A DNA stretch of 64,000 bases, from NCBI GenBank assembly GCA_002256025.1, contig NKIB01013045.1:1-64000 (forward strand), in the 5' to 3' direction. The position numbers and the translations under genes were made by a program. Under the pieces are notes generated by a model. The model did no database searches. It was given only the letters and a program-made list of their open reading frames with translations, and was not told the DNA's origin. Positions 37,323-48,244 of the stretch are shown in pieces. The DNA comes from Asterionella formosa. Taxonomy: Eukaryota. Position 1 is the stretch's first letter. Every line of letters starts with the position of its first letter.

Positions 37323-37858
37323 ACTGGTGTCAGGCTACTACAGCGATGCGCATGGTTGCAGAAACCAGACCATTTACGCTACATAACGATGTAGGTCAAG
37401 ATTGGGTTCAGCTTTTCCCTTCTTATTTCGGTCTTCGATTGTTGTGTGGTGATGGAAAGTCAATGTTGCCTGTGTAAGTAGCTACTACAATGATTCACAA
37501 TGCATATGTCTCCATTGGAACTCTTATTTTTTATTTCATTTCTAACCCAAATTTTTTTCTTTTATTTCTCATTTGATGCTACTTATTACATCACATTTCA
37601 TACTTTGGTTGCTCCAAACATCATGTTCAATTTTCATTGATGTTGCATGTTACATGTTACAATCATTCTCGTGTGTTTTACGCTTGTTGTACCTTCACTA
37701 TGCATATTACCGTTATTCTGGTTGTCATGCTAAAATCGGCAATTTTATTACCGAAAAATTCGATGTGCCCCATATTGCCCTTAAATAAAAATTACTGAAA
37801 GCCTAAAAATTACTTAGAAGTACCCGAATGGCAAGACAATAGCTGGAGCGGGAATTGC
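37323..37858. mobile_element. Unclassified dispersed repeat, copy C
   Basis: Inverted copy of 25433-25974; also similar to 4050-4330. Confidence 0.85.
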
Positions 37859-38447
37859 TGGAAGATAGCAGGGATGTAAATAGTGGAATTGCCATCAACA
37901 CTTCAAAGAAAACCGTCATTTCGTGCCTTCATGTAGCTCCTCCTACTCTCGTCCCATTTTGGCAGTCGATTTTTCTTAAGTAAATGGCAGTCAATTGAGG
38001 GGCTAATCAGTAATCAAATTCCCTTAAATGAAGTGGTCGATTTCGGCAATAACATCTAGGGGCTATTGAAAATATTGAAGGTAGTTTGGCAGTCAAAAGA
38101 CGGAGCATATGAAATAAACAAAATATGTTTTATTTGATGGGCAATTGCAGGATTGAGTAATCAAAAAACTTTGCGCTGCGAGAAGGTCAACCTGCGAGGG
38201 CCTCCCAAGCCGAGTATACAAGATTACTAGTAGGCAGTCTCCTCCCGAGTACTGTAGGGTTACCTTCAGTACACTACATTTACCTACATTCCTATCGTAG
38301 AAGAATATAATAAGTAAAATATTAATTTTGCATTTCATCTTTTGCAATCATATATTGCATTCACATACCTGTGGTCGATAGATTACCACTGGTAAATCAA
38401 TTTTCAAAATCGATTGTGTAAGCACAATGAATGTCGTCGTCTGAACG

Positions 38448-39797
38448 ATGTCACCACTCTTTCTCTTGTTCTTGGCGATTGCCGTGTTATATATGATACT
38501 GAATCTCGCAAGGCTTCACCATCTATGGCCGCAAATTGAGGCTGATTTTTCAAATAAAATCGATCTCAAGAAGCGTTTCGAATCGTTTCCACAAAGAACG
38601 AGAGGCGAAGGAGCGAAAGCAACTGTTGCCTATGTCATTTCAATCACAGCATGCAAAGAACTCAAGGGAATTATTGATGGAGCTGCCGTGTTGCAACATT
38701 CAATTCATTTGAACTCAATTAGAGCCTCAAATCATTCGAGCTACGACTATGCAATGGTTGCGTTTGTTCATCCCGAAGCATCAAACTGCAGCAAACCACT
38801 TGGCGCGCTCGGATATCAAGTTCAAGTACGAGAGACACCGATTCGTTTAGAAGATGTTCGAGGAGAATACAAGTTGACTGCGTCGAAGGCTGGGTGTTGC
38901 GGCGAGCTGGAATGGCTTAAATTATATGCCTTTGTCCTCACTGACCATCCTGTTGCTGTGCATTTAGACCTTGATGTTTTGATTTTGCAACCCCTTGACA
39001 ATTTGTTTGATGCCATGCTCTTCGGATCGGAATTGCAAGGAAGCATGTGGAATGACTCTCCAAAGCAGATTGATGCATTCTTTACCAGGGATTACAACAT
39101 GGTCATTCCAGGAAAACGAAAAGTGCACCAAGTTGGAGTTCAAGGTGGTTTCTTAGTCGTGCGGCCTGATCAACAAGTCTTTGATGAATTTATTGAAATT
39201 ATTCTGGAAGGAAACTTTTCAATTTCTCGCGGGTGGGGATTGATGTACGGTGGGTACTACGGCGCAGCCACTATCCAAGGCCTAGCTGCTTTCTACTATG
39301 GTCATGTGCGACCTGGAACAGCTGTGGAGCTCAATCGATGTCTGTACAATAATATGGCGGATAACCCACGAAGTGGGAAGGAGCACAAGAGTAAGTGTCG
39401 AAGTATGCAAGAAGAATGTGAAGATTGTCGCCATACAGACCTCTCGCTTGTTCGGTCGATCCACTACACCGAATGCTTTAAGCCTTGGAAATGCATAGCT
39501 GCACAACCACACGGTTGGAAGCACGAAAAACGCGATCAATGCCGGAAGTTTCATCGTGAATGGTTTGGTGTGAGATATTCGCTAGAACAGGCCTGGAAAA
39601 TGAAGGAAAATAGAGAGCACCCACGAGGAATTTATTTGCCGAATCCGGTGAGTGGCACTACTGCAACAGGTCAAGAAGATTATACCTTCCATTACTGTCG
39701 ACCAAAAGGCGACGGGGCAAAAATTTACATCCCACTCGAAATTCCTCAATCTCTCTTTGATGGACAGAATGTCGAGTTTCCTTTGTTATTGCTATGA
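38448..39797 (+). CDS. Glycosyltransferase family 8-like type II membrane protein
   Basis: N-terminal TM anchor, DGAAVLQHSI, GCCG..E.LKL, DxD motif HLDLD, QGGFLV.RP, QGL, ELNRC.YNNM and HYT.C.KPW. Confidence 0.88.
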   Translation: MSPLFLLFLAIAVLYMILNLARLHHLWPQIEADFSNKIDLKKRFESFPQRTRGEGAKATVAYVISITACKELKGIIDGAAVLQHSIHLNSIRASNHSSYDYAMVAFVHPEASNCSKPLGALGYQVQVRETPIRLEDVRGEYKLTASKAGCCGELEWLKLYAFVLTDHPVAVHLDLDVLILQPLDNLFDAMLFGSELQGSMWNDSPKQIDAFFTRDYNMVIPGKRKVHQVGVQGGFLVVRPDQQVFDEFIEIILEGNFSISRGWGLMYGGYYGAATIQGLAAFYYGHVRPGTAVELNRCLYNNMADNPRSGKEHKSKCRSMQEECEDCRHTDLSLVRSIHYTECFKPWKCIAAQPHGWKHEKRDQCRKFHREWFGVRYSLEQAWKMKENREHPRGIYLPNPVSGTTATGQEDYTFHYCRPKGDGAKIYIPLEIPQSLFDGQNVEFPLLLL

Positions 39798-40671
39798 GAC
39801 CAACGTTGATCTCCAGGATTTGGGTTGCGAGGGATTTTCTGTACTAGTTATTCTTTCAAAAACTCACAAATGCGTGGGGATTGTGACAAGTTTTTTCGTT
39901 TCGTGAGCATAAATTTTACATTAACCTTGCTTTACTCAATACTATAAGTTTCGAACCGAATTGGTATCGACAAGGCCGGAAGAACAATTCCGTCCATGAA
40001 ATCAGATCCTGTTCCCAGTACGAGCAGTATGGTTATTCCTCCTTCATAATCACACCATCACACAAGATCAAAGATCAACACACATTATGACAGGTGGATC
40101 ACAGTAAAAACCACGAATAAGAGGAAGAGAGTGGCGTTAGCAGATTCTACGATCAGAAGTGCAAGTAAAAGCTTGAATAAGATAGTTTAAACGTCAAAGG
40201 AAAATGACTCATTCATATTTAATTTCTGGTTTGCAATCAATAATCTCCCTTTGTCTTCCTCATTTCAGAATTGTTGTCTTCTCGGCACGAAGAACTATCG
40301 TTGACACGTTGTCCTCAACAGACTATGCTGAGGAAATCTATGATGAACATGTATTCCGGTATTTATCATTACGACCATGTCGAATGAATGACAACGATCT
40401 AAAAAACACAAACGACTTGTCATTCACAAACGCATATACCGGTATATGTATGTGTGTAAATCTATTTGTATATAGACTACCGTTAGCTATGTCAGTACTT
40501 ACATATGTATAAAATATGCCGGTGTGTGGGTGCAATTGCTTATTTAAGAGATGGCATAATACCGGGCTTCTAACGGCTGGGTTCGCAAACTTCATTTGTA
40601 TTTTCTTGTAAAGCATAAAATCCATCCATTCACCCCTAGATTGTTCCCGATAGACCACCGAAGCTCGAAAC

Positions 40672-41410
40672 ATGGTGCGTACAATCATTCACCATTAGTC
40701 GAGGAGGCTCATGCGAAGGCGCTGGATGAGTTCTGACCGAATGACGATCCAAAGCCTGAAACGGAACATTCCTGTGATCAATTTATTGCAAATCATTGTC
40801 GCCTTTCTGGTTTTCCACTGTTGCTCAACTCAATCACAATTTTCTCGTCCTTCGTATTTAAATGAACAGGAAGTTGGGAAACTTGTAGCGGTCATTGCCG
40901 ACGAAGTAAGTAATTCCCCATGTATGAATAGTATTTGCCATTCATTGTCGAACGGATAGATTTTGGCGACTAATAAGCAGAATCCTAAGATTCCGTCGCG
41001 CGCGCGGATCTGTGCTTTTTATGGAATCTCAGTGTCAGAAACAATGGTATCCTCGACTGGTAATTGCTCACTTCACGTTGTCTCGTTTTCATCACACACA
41101 GGACACGGTCACTGGATTCTTGTTGGCAGGTGTTGGACACCGAACTGCAAGCGGATCCAATTTTTTGGTTGTCAAGAGCGACACCAAGTTGGATCAGGTT
41201 GAGGAGGCCTTTCAGAACTTCTCGACACGTGATGACATTGGAATTATTTTGATCAATCAGCACATTGCTAATGACATCAGACATGTTTTGAAGGATTACA
41301 ATGCCACTATTCCCACTGTCTTGGAAATTCCTTCCAAGGAGCACCCATACGACCCAGAACAGGATTACATTATGCAACGGGTGAACATGTTCCTCGGAGT
41401 CGCGCCCTAG
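40672..41410 (+). CDS. ATP6V1F: V-type H+-ATPase subunit F. Exons 40672-40674 (ATG only), 40870-40905, 41102-41410.
   Basis: GKLVAVIADE|DTVTGFLLAGVG..NFLVV..DDIGIILINQHIANDIRH..PTVLEIPSKEHPYDPEQD. Intron 40906-41101 is clear. The first intron (40675-40869, GTGCGT..CAG) is inferred. Confidence 0.93.
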
Positions 41411-41521
41411 TTATACTTTCTCCCTGGATTATATTCCAATTAAAGCCTAACAGAAATCAAAACTCCAATAATTATATTTCACTCAAGTCTTTGACTGTGA
41501 CTACTAGAACGTTACGCCTGT

Positions 41522-44500
41522 TCACTTTAGCACTAGGAATGAATGGACTTCCTTGACAAACACATCGAAGTCCTTCTTGAATCGCATACGGTTCATACGA
41601 CCTTCATAGCCTCCACTGGAAACCTTAGTGAGCACTTCAGGTTGAATCAGAATTTGAAATGCCGCTTGTAGCCGTGGTTGGTGTTCGCTTGGAGCCTGCT
41701 GGGTCAGCCCGTTTACGACAATGACAAATCGATTTATGTTTGCGGCAGCCAAAGGGAGTAACAGTAACCCTGCAGGTTCAAGACGATCCCAGACAATGCT
41801 TTGAAAAACAACTTCCTGTAGAAGGCGACGAGTGCATTTGTCAAAGATATCTGGGTGGGAGGCCAAATGGTTTGCAAGAGCGTGGCTCTTTATGTGCTCG
41901 CGCACAACTGCAGCAATTCCTTGCAGTGAAGTTTTTGAGACATAGCCGTCAACATGGCTCATGCCAAACAAAAGCGACTCGAGCAAAGCATCGAAGAGCT
42001 CATAGGGTAAAATGCATACCTTGTCTGGGTACGTATCCATCATAAACGACACCAAAGAAAAGTATTGGGTGCAAAGATCAGGATACAACAAAAGACCCTG
42101 AGTCATAAGAGGAAGTATCTGTTGAAGACCAAAAAATATTATATCCGTGACCTGAGAAGAATTGACACCACTATCCGTCAATGTCGTGCAGATATCAATG
42201 AAGTCTTTCGTGCCTAGGTGAATTAGAAACTGAATAACACATAAGATATCTGTATAGCTTTGTTCTTCGTCAGTGACAAGTTCAGCCAAGGAGGAGACGG
42301 GCCTCTTCACTACTCTGGCGGAACAATGCCGAGCTGAATACAATTTCAATAGTTCGGCCGATGCGGTAAACAAAGCAACACTCTGCTCAGTTGTCAGCAT
42401 CGCAACGAATTGCTCTGTGTAATCCCGAAAAAATCGCAAGAGTCCTTCACAAATCGAGAGGTCTTCAGCATAGAATGCCATCAAACCCGAAAGATGGACC
42501 AAGGATGGAGTTATGAACAATGGAACTCGTTCAGACTCGACCATTTCGCTTGCTCGAGCTACTCCTCCATACATTTCGACGCAGAGAGAAGTCATTTCCA
42601 TCGCGTTTATGTCGCTACTTAAGATTTGCTTTGAGGAAAGAGCCTGGACTAGAGACGAGAATGCGATCTGGACGGCTCCAAGGCTCTCGTTCATCATACT
42701 TGTCGACTCGGAATTATTCAGATCACATGTGCATAGGAGAAGGGCAGTAAAGGTACGGGATCTATCGTCATAGGAAAGGCGTTGATAGCCGTGAGCCATG
42801 TCAAAAGGAATTTCGTTGGCTTTTGCCTGAATCGCGGACAGCAATTCTGAAGGAGGCGCATTGTGGCGAATGCCTGCCGTCAAGCAATGCATAGTGACAA
42901 TTTGACGAAATGACGGAGAAGCAACCAAAAGCGACCTGATATCTTCACCACGATTCGCCAGCGACACCATCAACGATTGAGTGCTTTTCTGAACATGGTG
43001 TTCATGTGGCCAATAGCACTGGTAATTTAGACATAAGGTGGTACAGAACGCAACAGTCTGTTCAGATAACGGTTGCCCTTTAGCCCAAACAAGAAGAATT
43101 AAGCTAGGTGAGTCGCCACCAGCAGACCCATACGTGATGGGGTGAATATAAGCAGGCGCCCACCGATTCAGGAACCAAAGAACTGTACTGGCAAGCAAAG
43201 GAGATAATCGTGGATCAGAAGGACGCTTCACGATCGCTGAGGTCTGCAATTCTGCCAGGGACAGAATAGACTGAACCGCCATAGTAATACCACTTGTTGT
43301 ATTGCTATCTGCTGTACACGCCAATACGATTGATTCTGGTATTACTGATGTTTCTCCAGCATTTTCGTCTGTCAAAAGGTGGCCTGTACATAAAATCAGT
43401 ACTCGAGCTTCTTCAAGCAATGCAGCACCATGAGGGCTGACGTCAAATTGGCCAGTAGGCCCCCACAAGGCACGAAGTTGGGGTTGAACGGGATGAAACA
43501 ACGAGGAAAGGTACATGATTGACTGTGCAGGATTAAGTCTACCAATGATTGCAACAGAGCTCATTTCCTCCAGAAAATTTGTAGCTGAAATATCTTCTCG
43601 GACATCGTCCAAATCTTCAGCATTGGCAGTCAAATGGTATTCTTCCAACTTCGCCATGCGTATTCGACACGAAACGAAGACTTCGTATAATGGTGTCAAT
43701 GCATTTGAGAGGGAGGTTTGAGCTTTCCTTGATTCATCGGATGTGGAGTAGACAAGCCAATGATCTCCGCAGAGCAACACCGCGCCTTCAAGTAGGATTG
43801 CCAAGGCCTCCTCACGCCAATCTCGCTGCTGCATGTCATCGATATTGCCTTTGACTGATTCACATTCCTGGACATTACCCTGTAATAAAGAGATTCCGAT
43901 GGTGGCCATCGCGTTCAAAAGCAGAAAAAATTCTGGCGACTGCGCCAAAGTCGCTATCTTGAAGTTAGCAACTATTCGCGATAGCATCGACAAAACGTCC
44001 AGAAGCTCGGACGACTTTTCCGTTGACTCGCACAACGACAGCATCGTCAATGTCCCATCCACCAGGAACGCAGAAAATGCAATTCTTTGAGGCTCGTCTG
44101 AGAATATGGGACCGCTAAGTGATGCCAAAAGCAGTAGAAGTTGGCGAATCGCATGAGCCAATTTATTATGTCCATGTCGAGCTACCGATTCATGGATATG
44201 AAAGACTGCACCAACAAAGTCTGGTCTGATCAGATACTCATTCCATGCAACTGGAAGGCGCAACAGAGTCCTGCTACTTGAATGAGTTATACGAACATCC
44301 CATGCGTCTTTGCCAAACTCCCAACCAATCAAATCAATTGCCAGCTCCACAGCAGCCAGGGCGAAGGCTTCGTCAACATCATTAGAATTTTGCAATAGAC
44401 GAGAAACTATTTCACTGAGGGAGCCCATTGATAAACGCAGCGCCTCGTTCAGCCATCCGTCTTCTTCGAATGAAGAATGTGCTTTCATGTGAAACTCCAG

Positions 44501-45109
44501 TGGTAAATGATACTGTACTGCAGATTTGCCTGAAAACTCTCCCAAGAATACCCTAAGATAGGTGCACCCTGTTGCAATCGTCTTTCCTCCTGGACGCAAC
44601 AATTCATTCTCCAAAAAGAGAAACAATCCTTTCTTATCGGCGATCCGCTGTTGATGAGGAGTCATCGCATTGTTGAGAAAAACCTCTTCAAGTCGGAGCG
44701 GATCTTGGTTAGTAATACGGTCGTTGAATGATTCGTTCCATTGACGCTTCCAACAGGATGCAGAAACACTATAGCAAGATATTTCAATTGCTCTAGGCAT
44801 ATTGCTGAGTCCGATAGTCATGAAGAAGTCTCGCACACTATCTCGAAATGGAATGGAGAAACCAGTCCACTTGTGTAGAATGACATGCCGTACACCCGTA
44901 ATGCAATGAAAGAGCAGTTCTTCATTCTTGTAAGGGTCTGTCATCAGCTCCAAAACGCTTCGTAGGAAAAGGCACCGTTCGTCTCCAGAGTTTCGTAACG
45001 CTTCCAATGCAGCATGGGCAACAGCATGTTGATTCTTTGAATCGCCTCGAAAATCAGTAGGTGGAATAGATAAGAGTTGCTGGAGCTCTGATGTTGCCGA
45101 AGATTCCAT
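41522..45109 (-). CDS. XPO4: Exportin-4-like karyopherin, 1195 aa
   Basis: HEAT-like helical ORF with an importin-beta-like N-terminus, FHMKAHSSFE, GLQQILPLMTQGLLLYPDLCTQYF and the C-terminus FVKEVHSFLVLK. Confidence 0.8.
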   Translation of the reverse strand: MESSATSELQQLLSIPPTDFRGDSKNQHAVAHAALEALRNSGDERCLFLRSVLELMTDPYKNEELLFHCITGVRHVILHKWTGFSIPFRDSVRDFFMTIGLSNMPRAIEISCYSVSASCWKRQWNESFNDRITNQDPLRLEEVFLNNAMTPHQQRIADKKGLFLFLENELLRPGGKTIATGCTYLRVFLGEFSGKSAVQYHLPLEFHMKAHSSFEEDGWLNEALRLSMGSLSEIVSRLLQNSNDVDEAFALAAVELAIDLIGWEFGKDAWDVRITHSSSRTLLRLPVAWNEYLIRPDFVGAVFHIHESVARHGHNKLAHAIRQLLLLLASLSGPIFSDEPQRIAFSAFLVDGTLTMLSLCESTEKSSELLDVLSMLSRIVANFKIATLAQSPEFFLLLNAMATIGISLLQGNVQECESVKGNIDDMQQRDWREEALAILLEGAVLLCGDHWLVYSTSDESRKAQTSLSNALTPLYEVFVSCRIRMAKLEEYHLTANAEDLDDVREDISATNFLEEMSSVAIIGRLNPAQSIMYLSSLFHPVQPQLRALWGPTGQFDVSPHGAALLEEARVLILCTGHLLTDENAGETSVIPESIVLACTADSNTTSGITMAVQSILSLAELQTSAIVKRPSDPRLSPLLASTVLWFLNRWAPAYIHPITYGSAGGDSPSLILLVWAKGQPLSEQTVAFCTTLCLNYQCYWPHEHHVQKSTQSLMVSLANRGEDIRSLLVASPSFRQIVTMHCLTAGIRHNAPPSELLSAIQAKANEIPFDMAHGYQRLSYDDRSRTFTALLLCTCDLNNSESTSMMNESLGAVQIAFSSLVQALSSKQILSSDINAMEMTSLCVEMYGGVARASEMVESERVPLFITPSLVHLSGLMAFYAEDLSICEGLLRFFRDYTEQFVAMLTTEQSVALFTASAELLKLYSARHCSARVVKRPVSSLAELVTDEEQSYTDILCVIQFLIHLGTKDFIDICTTLTDSGVNSSQVTDIIFFGLQQILPLMTQGLLLYPDLCTQYFSLVSFMMDTYPDKVCILPYELFDALLESLLFGMSHVDGYVSKTSLQGIAAVVREHIKSHALANHLASHPDIFDKCTRRLLQEVVFQSIVWDRLEPAGLLLLPLAAANINRFVIVVNGLTQQAPSEHQPRLQAAFQILIQPEVLTKVSSGGYEGRMNRMRFKKDFDVFVKEVHSFLVLK

Positions 45110-45689
45110 TCGTCGTTATGGCGTCAAGGCCAGTCGTGACAGGACTTGTGATTGCACGATAGATTTAAATGCAGTTGGGCATCTGCCATTGAGGTATTAA
45201 CTATTACAGCTGTAGAGGTGCAGTGATCGATACGCATGGTCCCACTCAACACCATTAGCAAAAATTCTGACTAACACGATCTCAGCCCCGCCCCGCTCCG
45301 CTTTAGGATAGCACAACAATAGCAAAGCGACTGTACACGTATGTTGTCTACATAAGCACGATAAAAGAAAGCAAAAAAGAAGGCGGTCGGTCAATCACAA
45401 AAAGAGTATGTACTCATTGTGTCAGAGTGTGTCTGTTAGGCTGTTGATCTCGACAGGTGTCCGAAGACTAGATGTAGTCTGAGGAATGTCCAAACGGAAA
45501 TAGACCACACCTGGTACATAGCAGAATAAAATTCTTGCGCAAACGAGCTGCGCGAAAAAGATCTGACCAGTCATTCCAGGGCAGTACTAGCTAGTGGGTG
45601 CTTGAAAAGGCGCCAAGCTGCACCATAGGGCTATTGAGCTGGAGAAAACAGTAGTAGGAGTCAAAATCGCCCCGGATAAATTTTGAATT

Positions 45690-45719
45690 ATCGATGCAAC
45701 TGCTATTGGACAGAGGGAG
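45690..45719 (-). mobile_element. Stowaway/mariner-type TIR, right-facing, followed by TA
   Basis: ATCGATGCAACTGCTATTGGACAGAGGGAG|TA; inverted partner of 33041-33070. Confidence 0.75.
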
Positions 45720-45725
45720 TACCTG

Positions 45726-46121
45726 TGTCAAGAATATTAGCCCAAGTCACAAGGATTGTGGACTCGATTGTAATCGAGCAAGTCGAATATTGCATTGCCA
45801 CGTCAATCAGCTGTCTAACGAGATCAAAGATTGAAGATTTCTATGGAAATGTTAAGTGGAAACTCGAAGAGAGTCTTAGAACGACTTTGCAGGAAGCAAA
45901 GATGCATGGAAAGGAAACATTTAGTTAAGCTTATAATTTAATTTGAGTTTTAGATTATCAACCGAGGAAACAGTGTGTTAATTGACAGGAAGGTCAATTA
46001 GTCTATCTAGCAGGAAGGCTAGAAGCAGAGACAAGAGAGAAAGTAAGTGGTACTACGATCACGTAAGAGTCTACGTGAAGAGAGACCCAGCCCGCGGGAA
46101 GGAGTACGGACCATTTCAACA
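45726..46121 (+). mobile_element. Solo-LTR-like repeat, copy 3
   Basis: TG...CA termini (TGTCAAGA...TTTCAACA), with TACCTG on both sides (45720-45725, 46122-46127). Homologous to 606-956 and 2336-2725. Confidence 0.7.
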
Positions 46122-46569
46122 TACCTGGTACCTGGTTCTAAACAACCGCTACTTTCCATACTAGAGCCAGTACCTGGTACAGACCACTTTCACAAACCGT
46201 AGCTTCGTAAGGACAGCATGCATGTCATGAGCATTGTCTAAGCAAATCAGTATTACAGGACTGGCTGGGTAACAGCATTTAGGTATGACATTACAAAGCG
46301 GTAAGTACCAGTACCGGTATGTCATGAAACAACCCCGATTTACTGATGATTTCGATTATAATACAAAAATTGTTTCTATTTTTCGTTTTTCACTTCATTA
46401 AGCCAAAAGAGTCATTTAAAATTTAGTTTGAAAAATATTCTATCATTGATAGAAATTTTTATTGCTTTGGTACATATTTAGTCAAAAAAAGTAATCATGA
46501 ATTCCTGAATTTTCCGATGCAAAAAGTGTAGCGGACAGAAAACATTGCCATGTCCATTATCCCAACTCC

Positions 46570-47350
46570 TTGTCCAAACCCTGCTGTGTGAGACGAGAGC
46601 TCAGTTTGCTGGTGGTTATCATACTGCATCATCCTCCCCTTTGTAAAATATGCGTGGAGCCTTCAATGCAAGACAAATTGCTTCCCCCTGCATGTGTGTT
46701 TCTGGTTGGGCTTGTGGGTTTGTGTCGAAAACAGAGCTATTACGCTCAGAATCGTCCGGTTCCCCCAAGGGAGACCTCATGTTGTTGGCTGCCCCTGGCT
46801 TGCTTCACCAGGTAGGGAAAATATTGGGGAATGGGGGATAGAGCGACGTCGTTTCTGTCTGTGGGGCAATTTCCATTAGGGTCAAAGGTGTTGGTTTCGG
46901 TATTTCTCTGTGGGCCTGAAGCTGTCGGGGGTGTAATTGATGAAGCATATCAATCATCAAATGTAAGTTTCCTTTAATGTCCTCGTTATCCTGCTTCAAT
47001 GTCGAGACTGTCGAAGCAAGTTCGTTTTGTGAGGCCCAAAATTCATGTAAGTTGTCTTGCATGTGAAGTAAATCTTGATGTAATGAGGAAATTTCGGTGT
47101 GAACTGCACTATTCACTTGTCTGCCACCTTCTACCTGCTGCCAATCCAGTGACGAAAATTCTTGTATTTATCATTGACAGGCGCAGAATGTGAGGTATTT
47201 ATTAGTGAGATTGGTGTTGATCTTGATCAAGGTGGTGGTAGTGGCGTTGTATGTGAGTTATTACAAGTGGAGATGGCAGGTGGAGGACAACGACAACTGG
47301 TTGATCAGCAGAGGAACAACTCACTTGGTGGGTTTTTTCACAGGATAAAA
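46570..47350 (-). pseudogene. Possible gag-like retroelement remnant
   Basis: Coiled-coil then Pro-rich fragment (46805-47116) in CpG-poor sequence. No diagnostic motif. Confidence 0.25.
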
Positions 47351-47685
47351 AGGAAACAAAACAAGAAATGAAGTTATGCAGTTGCGAATAGTGCTACTAT
47401 GGACAACGATGAATATGGGGATGACAAAGACAAATACAAGCAAGTGTCAACTGTCTTACAAGAATCATGCCATGGCACAGTTTTAGAGTTGTTGGTTCAA
47501 ATGTTGTTCCCCTATAACTGCATCAACATTTGTTGTGGTCAACAATGCATCTTAGTCCCCAAGTCAAAATAAGCTGCTATTGATGATGACGTTTCGGCAC
47601 TTAATAATTCTGATTCCGATATTTTGGCGACCGTGAAAAAGGCCAATTTTGTCGAGTTTTTGGACGACGATAACTAAACGTTGGC

Positions 47686-47932
47686 TGGGTCTTACGGGGA
47701 TTTAGATACATAGTAGGTAACTTTCAAATAGCATCATTATATAACTTCTGGCAAGAAACTGCAGAAAAGAACTTCGCTTTTTTAAATATGCCAAATTAAC
47801 AGATTTCCCCCTAATTTTCGAGTCTTTTTAGCATAGTTTAAAAACCGAAGTTCCTTTCTGCAGTTTCTGACCAGATCATATATACTGACGATATGTTGAG
47901 TGAACCTAAACCCCTACTTTCTCCGAAGACTG
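47686..47932. repeat. Long imperfect palindrome (foldback/MITE-like)
   Basis: 47747-47795 and 47825-47875 are inverted copies, with weaker pairing extending outward. The right end is GACTG|TA. Confidence 0.75.
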
Positions 47933-48147
47933 TATTTAAGCAAATGGAAAGGGTGTCTATTGGTGAAAGCTCCGTTGTGCGTTATACAAATTTAATTTAT
48001 ATGTGAAAAGTACGTGTTTGATTAGTCTGGCTCAATATTATTTTATTAACCCTACCTCGAACTACGGGTTCAAATCCAGCAACCTCAAAATTTCCGCAAC
48101 TTGCAAGACCAGTACCTGCTACAGGTACCAGCTCTGGTACCAGGTTA

Positions 48148-48244
48148 TGGTGCCTGGTGCCTGGTGCCTGGTGCCTGGTGCCTGGTGCCTGGTGCCTGGT
48201 GCCTGGTGCCTGGTATCTGGTATCTGGTATCTGGTACCTGGTAC
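48148..48244. repeat. Heptamer microsatellite (TGGTGCC)9(TGGTATC)3 TGGTACC TGGTAC
   Basis: Read directly from the sequence. Confidence 0.97.

Noticed and set aside
45709..45719. Polypurine tract before the LTR (Copia 3' end)
   Set aside because: Better explained as the end of a 30-bp TIR matching 33041-33070. No clear RNase H remnant lies upstream.
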